Source of the DNA: Eledone cirrhosa
Lineage: Eukaryota
Length of the DNA: 64,000 bases
NCBI GenBank assembly: GCA_964016885.1
Contig: OZ024757.1
Coordinates: 27,280,001 to 27,344,000 of the forward strand
Direction: 5' to 3'
Shown: piece after piece, positions 54,596 to 64,000 of the stretch
How positions within the stretch are numbered: the first letter of the stretch is position 1
How the letters are laid out: each line of letters begins with the position of its first letter
Notes under the pieces: generated by a model
Databases searched by the model: none
What the model saw: the letters and a program-made list of their open reading frames with translations, nothing else
Told to the model about the DNA's origin: nothing
Program-made: the position numbers and the translations under genes

Positions 54596-54678
54596 TTATA
54601 CTCCTGTCCTATAAACTGTTGAGTGCTACTTATCCGATATTTGCATCGCTTTATTGTGCTACAATAAAACTCACCTCC

Positions 54679-54753
<75 letters not shown>

Positions 54754-54840
54754 TATGTATATATGTGTGTATATATATATATATCACTCAGATAACCCTG
54801 TGCATACATGGGAGTGACTCCCGGGTAACAAGATTCTATA

Positions 54841-54924
<84 letters not shown>

Positions 54925-55078
54925 CACATATGTCTGTGGTTGCGTGTGTGTATGTGCACGCACGTGCATATATCATCAGCATCATCGTCGTTCTTACACC
55001 CTTCTTAGCAAGGAAAGCATGATGATGACGATGATGATGATGAAACAATACATAGACACACACAGGCATACATATATA

Positions 55079-55156
55079 CAGGGTGTCCCCAAAAACTGTA
55101 TACACACTTCAATGGCATTTTAATCAAAGTATGTATACATTTTTTGGGACACCCTG
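55079..55156. mobile_element. Tc1/mariner-type mini-MITE
   Basis: TA-CAGGGTGTCCC...GGGACACCCTG-TA; truncated copies at 39640-39710 and ~29872-29900. Confidence 0.82.
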
Positions 55157-55436
55157 TACATATATATATATATATATATTTCATACTCATACAATCATTA
55201 CAGTGTGCCAATAATTCTACATGACCAGATAGCAAGTTAACACTCTGGTGCATTCTACACACATTTTATACACTCACCCACCCACATGAAGACATGTATA
55301 CACATATATATATATACACCTTTACATATGACATGTGTATGTAGACAGTGAGTATAAATTTTTCTGCATGAACAATCTGCAAGTAATATGTCCACCACCC
55401 TCTCTTCTCTCTCCATCTCTTAAATATTACATAGAA

Positions 55437-55505
<69 letters not shown>

Positions 55506-55541
55506 CATATATATATATATGTGTGTGACTACGTGTATGTG

Positions 55542-55578
<37 letters not shown>

Positions 55579-55666
55579 TATGTGTATGTATATATATATA
55601 TATATGTACATATATATTTATATATATATTATATGTACATATGTATATATATATATATATATATAC

Positions 55667-55719
<53 letters not shown>

Positions 55720-56047
55720 GATAGATATAGAGAGATTGATATAGATATGTATGTATACATGTATATGTGTATACATATATGTATAGCTATCTCTCTATCT
55801 ATATATTAATATATATATATATGAATATATATATATATATATATATTAATATATATCAATTATATATATATATATATATATTAATATAAATGAAAAGTAT
55901 AGAAATTATTGTAGCAAGAAGCCAACAGTATTCCATATATATATATATATTAATATATGTGTATATATATATATATATATATTAATATATATATATATAT
56001 ATAAACATATATATTAATATATATATATATATTTTCGAAAATATTCT

Positions 56048-56129
<82 letters not shown>

Positions 56130-56463
56130 TATATTAATATATATATATTAATCAGTACAATCACACATGTAAAAGAGTGAAAATGTTTCACAGTGACAAA
56201 CTTTCCATTAAATCTTGGATATGTTATTCAACATTGCTGCTACTTACCAGTAATCAATGAAGCATACACACACACACACGCACACGAACACGCGCACACA
56301 CACGAACACACATGCATATACGCACACACGCATATAAATATACAAATATATATACACACATATATATATATACAAATATATACATAGATATATATACATT
56401 TACACACACATATATGCATATACACACACGCATATAAATATACATATATACACATAGATATAC

Positions 56464-56510
<47 letters not shown>

Positions 56511-56904
56511 TATATGTGTGTGTGTATATCTATATCTTTAATTTTATATAGAAATGACTTCTACAGGTCTAGAACTGTTTCATTTGTATGAAATCATTCG
56601 GGACATTTCTGAGGATTTCATACGAAAGAAAACGTTCTAATCCCGTAGAAGTAATTTCAATATAGAATTTTTTTTTAAATGTCTTTACTCTAGAAATGTA
56701 TTACGCACCCTTTTTAAACTGTGGTTATCCCCCGACACAACTTGTGAATCTCTCAATATATGTATAGAAGAGCTTCTACAGGACTAGAACTGTTTCATTC
56801 GTGAGAAATCATCCTGTAGAAGCTCTTCTATATTACAACTTTTATACTCTGTTATGTATTGAGTACCTTACTTACTGTGGTTATCTCCGATATATATATA
56901 TATA

Positions 56905-57116
56905 TATAACGAAGGAGTTGTGGTAAGGAACCAGGATCGTAACGCACTAGAGTACTTAATACTTAGGGTAGTAGAGTGGGTAATAGGAAAATGTATGACC
57001 CCGACGGCAGAGCTCAAGCTATTTCGACGGCTATTTCTGGACTAAATTCTAGAATTTAGTCCAGAAATAGCCGTCGAAACGGCTTGAGCTCTGCCGTCGG
57101 GGTCATACATTTTCCT
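56905..57116. mobile_element. palindrome-plus-tail element with hammerhead 3' half
   Basis: Palindrome 56985-57116 containing GAAAC-GGC..GCC-GTC-GGGG. Confidence 0.65.
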
Positions 57117-57374
57117 GTATATATATATATATATACACACACTTATATATGATGGATAGATATCCAAGATGAAAAGTTAAGGCAGTGTATTTATCTTACA
57201 CGTTTCTCTACAAGAACGAAATTTTAAAAAATCTTCAGATGGTGAAAAACCTCGCTCAAATTCTATTATTAATATATAGAAGCACCTCTATATTATATGA
57301 GATCCCGCAGAGGATGAAAGCAGAAATACTTTGCTTAAACTTTAATCTGTACTTATATATATATATATATAGTT

Positions 57375-57560
57375 ATAATTGTTTCTACTTTAGGCACAAG
57401 GCCAGCAATTACCCAGTGCATTACTGGTACTTTATTTTATCGACCCCGTAAGGATGAAAGGCAAAGTCAACCTCGGCGGGATTTGAACTCAGATCGTAAA
57501 GGGACGTAACTATGCTGGAAAGCATGGCGTCCGACCCTCTACCGATACTGCCAATCCACC
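57375..57560 (-). mobile_element. young SINE family 1 copy
   Basis: CpGs intact; nearly identical to 61992-62173 (+) and 63675-63863 (-). Confidence 0.92.
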
Positions 57561-58118
57561 AATAATTATGAAGACCAAAATCCGTAATAGGGTGAAAGCA
57601 GCGATTTCTCCATCCTGTCCGCCGGGGCTGTGGGAAGGCCAGCTCGTGGGACCCCATTTGCTCACCATACGGATTAACCACACTATTTGACATGCATTTT
57701 TCTTTAAATAATAATAAAAAGATACAAAATGAAAAAAAAAAAAATTACTATTACTAATACATATATGTAGATATATATGTGTGTGTGTTATGTGTGTAAA
57801 ACGTAAAAGTGGAAACAGCATGTAAGTATATTTAAAGCAACTTTTTTCTCTTTTCTTTAATCCGACAGAATAAGAGTTTATTAGGGTTTTATATTTTTGA
57901 AAAAAGAGAGGGTTTTTTTTTTAAATCAAATATTACCGGTTTCGATGAGTGAATAAATCTTAACAAATATTAAATTAAAAAAAAGTCCAAGATGAAATTG
58001 AACAATTGAAATTAAAAAAACGTCTCTTCATTTCTATGTATCGTATACCTGTTCTCTGACTAATGATAGCATTGAATGTATTTAGATTTTGGAGTTCTGG
58101 ATTAGTATGCCATATATA

Positions 58119-58288
58119 CAGAGCCGGATTTACCATTATGCTTGGGTGGACTTAAGCACAGGGCCCCGTTGACCAGGGAAAGGGGTGCATCTTCCTGCCA
58201 AAAAAATTGTTTACCTCCTTCGTGGTTCAAGTAAGAGGCCTCATAACTTAACTAACGCAGGGCCTCATTTGTCTTGATGCTGGCACTG
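58119..58288. mobile_element. hAT-type MITE with 8-bp TSD
   Basis: CATATATA-CAGAGCCGGATT...GATGCTGGCACTG-CATATATA; second truncated copy at ~58538-58680. Confidence 0.82.
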
Positions 58289-58822
58289 CATATATATACT
58301 AAGATTCCTGGATATTTGAAAAATTATACAAACTGGGAAAAATTTCCGTTTTCGTAAATTAATGGTTTGCATAAAAGAAACCCTATAGTTTATGTTGATT
58401 CCTAACACAAAGATAAAAATGATACTTTAATCATTTATTTCTATGATATAATTACATAAATGTTGTGCACGTATTTACAAAACACACACAGGATTAATTG
58501 TCTGGGAAACTTTGGAGAAATAACAATCCACAGGGACAGTGCCGGATTCAACATGATGCTTAGATGTGCTTAAGCACGGGGCCCCGTTGACCAGGGAAGG
58601 GGAGGGGGGGGGCATCTTCCTGCTAACAAATCTTTTACCTCCTTCAGGGTTCAAGTAAGGGTCCTCATAACTTAACTAGTACAGAGACAAATGTAGTGTT
58701 AAAACATCGGACCTTGTGGTTGGAAAACAAACTTCTTATTGGAGCAGCATGACTGAGAAAGCAACTGAATTGTAGGTATGTGTGTCTCTGTTTGACTGTG
58801 TAAATTTTAAAGAGTTACAGAC

Positions 58823-58880
<58 letters not shown>

Positions 58881-59000
58881 GAGAAAATTGAGAGTGTGTA
58901 ACACTCAACTTATCAGATAGGCAGTATATGGTTAGCTCAATGTCTGAAGACAGAGCCGTAATACAATTAACAACAAAGAGCGCTTAGAACATAGGTATAT

Positions 59001-59058
59001 CTTTAATTGCTGACAATGTTTCGTCCACACTAAAAGTGGGACTCTTCAGAGCTTAAAG
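59001..59058 (-). ncRNA. canonical type I hammerhead ribozyme (GUC)
   Basis: CTTTAAGCT-CTGAAGA-GTCCCACTTTTAGTGTGGAC-GAAAC-ATT-GTC-AGCAATTAAAG. Confidence 0.85.
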
Positions 59059-59242
59059 AGTAGATACAGAGTATAGAAGCATTAACAAATCCAAAACAGA
59101 AGAATATAATGTGGGGATATCATAAGGTGGGAGGAATTTAAAGTAGGAGGAATTTAAAGTAGGGAGGAATTTAAAGTATGATATCCCCACATTATATTCT
59201 TCTGTTTTGGATTTGTTAATGCTTCTATACTCTGTATCTACT

Positions 59243-59300
59243 CTTTAAGCTCTGAAGAGTCCCACTTTTAGTGTGGACGAAACATTGTTAGCAATTAAAG
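59243..59300 (+). ncRNA. type I hammerhead ribozyme (GUU variant)
   Basis: Mirror of 59001-59058 with GTT at the cleavage triplet. Confidence 0.78.
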
Positions 59301-59333
59301 ATATACCTATGTTCTAAGCGCTCTTTGTTGTTA

Positions 59334-59394
<61 letters not shown>

Positions 59395-59400
59395 TCGGTG

Positions 59401-59482
<82 letters not shown>

Positions 59483-59641
59483 ATAAAAAGTCGGTGTGTG
59501 TATATATGTATATGCATATATATATGTATGTATATATATATGTATGTATATATGTATATGCATATATATATATATACTGGTGGCTTAGTTCGGCTCTAGC
59601 TGTCGAAACGGCCGGAGCTCAGCCGTCGGGGTCCTGAATCT

Positions 59642-59680
<39 letters not shown>

Positions 59681-60506
59681 CATAATGAGGTTATAATAAT
59701 TAATCTGCTTAATTATTCCTACAGATGTAGAGGTAAATGTCATTGATCTCTCGGTTATTACAAACGAGAATTTATTTATTGTATCGCGACCACCTGTAAT
59801 TATTAGAACTTTACCTACACAACCAATCACGCTAGCTAATTTCTTCTCATCCCCTTCTCTGTCTACTTCCCCCTCATCCCTTTCTCTCTCTCTCTCTTTC
59901 ACCTGTTTTATTTATTATATTACACACACAACTACTGAAATACAAATATAGACTCTGTGAACATCCTATAGTGTTGGTGATGCGTGACTCGTTTTGAATG
60001 AATTTACCTTGCACCTAGAGAGAACTAAACTGGCTCCCGGCGTACCTACACACCTATCTATCAACCCACCTACTTACCTACCAACCTCACTTATCTCACT
60101 TCTTCCTTTCCTCCTCTACTTTCCCTCTCTCATCCTCTCTAGCTACTTACCCACTTGTCCCCCCCCCACCCACCTCACCCCGCCTATCTTCTTTCCCCCA
60201 CACCCACACCTCATCCCGCTCTCGTTTCTCCTAACCTACCTTTACTTTGGTAGCACACCAGGTAGTAGCTACGTAATATGAATATTTCACCGTCTCCGAC
60301 GTCATCATCATCATCATCATCATCATCGTCATCATCATCATCATCATCATCGTCGTCATAATCATCATCATCATCATCATCATAGACAACTTTACACTGT
60401 AAAGTGGTTGTTGTTAGGAAGTGCATCCGGCTAAGAGAAAAGTAGTTGGAAAAGCGAACGTAAAATGATAATCTCTCTCTCTTAAACGCACACACACACG
60501 CACACG

Positions 60507-60643
<137 letters not shown>

Positions 60644-61147
60644 AAAAATATATACATTAATTATGTATTGGGTTGAGTTTTCCTTCTTTAAAAGCAAGCT
60701 ATTTCCTATGGTACTGTATGTTTAGACCCTATAAAAATTTGTTGGGGCATCATAACCAATCCCTTCACCGGGTCTGAACAGATCTGGTTTCTTCCAGAAA
60801 AGGAGAGAGTGATAGAGGGAAAGTGAGAAAGATACACTGAGGAAGAATTAGCCCTAGTACTGGACGAGTACCTCTTTAATGAAAAGCAAAGTTGACCTCG
60901 GCGAGGTTTGAACACCGAGGGCAGAGAGAGAGAGAGAGAGATGGAATGAATACTGCAAAGCATTCTATCGTGGAAGTTCTACCGCCTTTGCCATTTCCAG
61001 ACCTGTCAACTCTCCCCCCTCCGACGAAGGGATCTCCCACCCACTTTGGGGTGGGTGAGAAAGCAAATTCATTGTAGGTATGCGTGTCTATGCTTGAGCA
61101 TGTAAATGTTAAAGAGTTACAGACGGATACACACACACACAACACAA

Positions 61148-61180
<33 letters not shown>

Positions 61181-61570
61181 AATGAGAGGTATAGAGATTG
61201 TTTTAGCGAGAAGCTAATAGTATTCTATAACATATATGCGACTATAACGTCAAGATGGGAAAAGTAGTTAACGTAAGATTTAGGAAAAATAATTCAAACT
61301 CATCTCAAAAGAGAATCAGGATACAAATTCATCCACAGAATTTAGTGAAATCCAGGGAAAAATCAATAGACCTTTAACTCATGATAAAATAAAGTTTAAA
61401 ACACTTATCCTTCAATTTGGAATAACATCAAATGCTCTGTATAGTCTTAAAAGACTATATATATATATGAGAAACGTAAAATAAGAAAATTATAAAATTA
61501 ACTTACTAAAATTTCACTCCAACTATAGTTTCTTATATATATATATTATATATATATATAATATATATAT

Positions 61571-61605
<35 letters not shown>

Positions 61606-61629
61606 ATCCGTCTGTAACTCTCCCCCCCG

Positions 61630-61671
<42 letters not shown>

Positions 61672-61867
61672 GTGTATATATATATATATACACCCCACTC
61701 TAATAAAATTTGTACTGGTTCTTCGCTTCCACGTTTTTTGTTTTCTGTTTACTGTCTCAACTTTTAAATATATATAAATGTAAAAGGTAAACAGAAATAA
61801 CAACACAATCGGTACAGTATATGGAAGGGATATATTAGGTTAATGCTTGATATAGCAGGAAGAGGGT

Positions 61868-61902
61868 CTTAACGTTTCGGAAGGCTAGTCCTTCACCAGA
61901 AG
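61868..61902 (-). ncRNA. decayed minimal hammerhead (loopless palindromic stem III)
   Basis: CTT-CTGGTGA-AGGACTAGCCTTCC-GAAACGTT-AAG; the paralog at 17372-17405 has intact CTGATGA but a mutated GAAAC. Confidence 0.5.
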
Positions 61903-61991
61903 GAAGAATGAGAAATAAGATAGATTGAGGGGACGGGCGGGTTGGAATCGGAAAGAAATGTCTTTAGATAAAAATAACAGATCCATTCATG

Positions 61992-62173
61992 TTGGCAGTA
62001 TCGGTAGAGGGTCGGACGCCGCCATGCTTTCCAGCATAGTTACGTCCCTTTACGATCTGAGTTCAAATCCCGCCGAGGTTGACTTTGCCTTTCATCCTTA
62101 CGGGGTCGATAAAATAAAGTACCAGTGATGCACTGGGTAATTGCTGGCCTTTTGCCTAAAGCAGAAACAATTA
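61992..62173 (+). mobile_element. SINE family 1 copy
   Basis: Full A-box to tail. Confidence 0.9.
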
Positions 62174-62795
62174 TGTAAAATTTACACATTTTGCCTCATT
62201 TCTCCCTGATTTGGGGGCACTTCTTTTTCATGGTACTCCTCTTTTGGGTTTTTAAAGGTTGGCAGGGTTGCATTTCGCCGCTGATGCCTACAATAACAAT
62301 GTATGGAGTATAGAAAACAAAGCCTTTTCTTGGGTGATTCGAACTCTGAACATTATGGGACGAAACTAAATAATCGCAGAAGTTTCGTTTGAGTGGCTGT
62401 CGTTTTTGCTGATACACACACGTATGCACTCACACACCCACCCACGCGCGCACGCGCACACAAACATGCACACGCATATATATATATATATAACGAAGGA
62501 ATTGTGGTAAGGAACCAGATGGACCATAACGCACCAGAGTACTCAATACGTAGGGTAGTAGAGTGGGTAATAGGAAAAAAATACTTGTTCCTATTGATAA
62601 ACTATATATATGTGTTTGTGTCTATATTGTATCTGTATTATTTTTGACCGTTGGTCAGTCAATGGCAACATTGAGGACCGAATAAATTAGATTACCGATA
62701 TAAAAGACACAGAAAAAGCGAAAATCAACCAAACAGTGAGTGCGTTCTGTTATTAATTCTGGCAATATTACACAAATATGACCCCACCCAAGTAT

Positions 62796-62876
<81 letters not shown>

Positions 62877-63401
62877 TATTTATATATATATATATACACA
62901 CATACATACAGAGAAAGACTGAGAAAGCAACAAACACATTTGCTCTCTTTCAAAGGAATACAGGTACGTTGGATGTAGGGGAGGCAATCGTGGAAGCGAC
63001 TTAAACGTATGGATGATCAGAATAGACATATTTACATTATCCCAGTAACATGAAGCAGTCAGCAACATAACCTGGTGTGACTGACAGCTTAGACTACAGC
63101 ACAGTCTGGTGGCCCATAGCTCAGTGGTTCGGGTGTTCGCTATACAATCGCTCGGTCATAAAAGTAATGATTTCTAGTATAGGCACAAGGCCAAAAATTA
63201 CCTAGTGCATTACTGGTACTTTATTTTATCGACCCAGTAAGGATGAACACACACACACATATTTGTTTTTGTCGATCGACTTTCGTCAAATCGGACCGAG
63301 GAAACAATGTTTCCGTTGGTCTTTCCAATTGCTAATACTATCTATCGGTCGCAACTCCAGGTAGAAGGAGCAACGTGAAATAAAGTGTCTTGCTCAAGGA
63401 C

Positions 63402-63444
<43 letters not shown>

Positions 63445-63449
63445 CACAA

Positions 63450-63586
63450 AAACAAGATGGCGTAGGACAGAACAAAGGAGAGGCACAAAAGCAAAGAAAA
63501 GAATCCCCAGTCACTGAAGAGGTCACAGAATGTGTGACGAAAGAACATTGACAATATATGAACAATCGTCTGGTTGTGGAACCAAC

Positions 63587-63590
<4 letters not shown>
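63450..63590 (+). mobile_element. solo Penelope pseudo-LTR with hammerhead, same family as 38700-38840
   Basis: CAAGATGGCGTAGGACAGAACAAAGGAGAG...GTCA-CTGAAGA-GGTCACAGAATGTGTGAC-GAAAG; (AT)n on both sides. Confidence 0.75.
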
Positions 63591-63674
<84 letters not shown>

Positions 63675-63676
<2 letters not shown>

Positions 63677-63863
63677 ATTGTTCCTACTTTAGGCACAAGG
63701 CCAGCAATGACCCAGTGCATTACTGGTACTTTATTTTATCGACCCCGTAAGGATGAAAGGCAAAGTCAACCTCGGCGGGAGTTGAACTCAGATCGTAAAG
63801 GGACGTAACTATGCTGGAAAGCATGGCGTCCGACCCTCTACCGATACTGCCAATCCACCGCCC
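63675..63863 (-). mobile_element. young SINE family 1 copy
   Basis: Full length, CpGs intact. Confidence 0.92.
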
Positions 63864-64000
63864 ATATGTATATATATATAATGCCAATCATTGTAAGTTT
63901 GAATCTGACATGCATAAACATATATATATGAATAAGGTAAGCCCATAGTAGATTCGAATATCACAGAGAGAAATGAGGTACAACAGAATTGAAACATGGA

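Larger units (their letters stand above)
58961..59340. mobile_element. Penelope-like inverted repeat with a hammerhead in each arm
   Basis: About 163-bp arms; spacer of 3x GGAGGAATTTAAAGTA; (AT)n on both sides. Confidence 0.8.

Overview
Eukaryotic, AT-rich, microsatellite-saturated DNA. The repeat inventory suggests a coleoid cephalopod, probably Octopus (inference, not verified). Almost every ORF in the supplied track is a translation of simple repeats. The window is mostly intronic or intergenic. It holds about 35-40 tRNA-derived SINE copies of two families and 3' fragments of Tx1/L1-like, RTE-like and R4/Dong-like LINEs. It also holds small Tc1/mariner, piggyBac and hAT MITEs, several minisatellites, and one credible 5' coding exon (minus strand, 30231-30105) below a CpG-rich promoter-like zone with NRF1 and CCAAT motifs. 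The strongest unexplained signal is a set of at least six sequence-unrelated families of type I hammerhead ribozymes. Most sit in long inverted repeats (one ribozyme per strand) next to (AT)n tracts, and one lies directly downstream of a decayed Penelope-like GIY-YIG endonuclease. Different retroelement families also appear to occupy different microsatellites: Penelope-like in (AT)n, Tx1-like in (TATC)n, and Dong-like plus the main SINE in (ATT/TAA)n. The main SINE's 3' end resembles the Tx1-like LINE 3' end. Coordinates were read by eye; most repeat boundaries are approximate.
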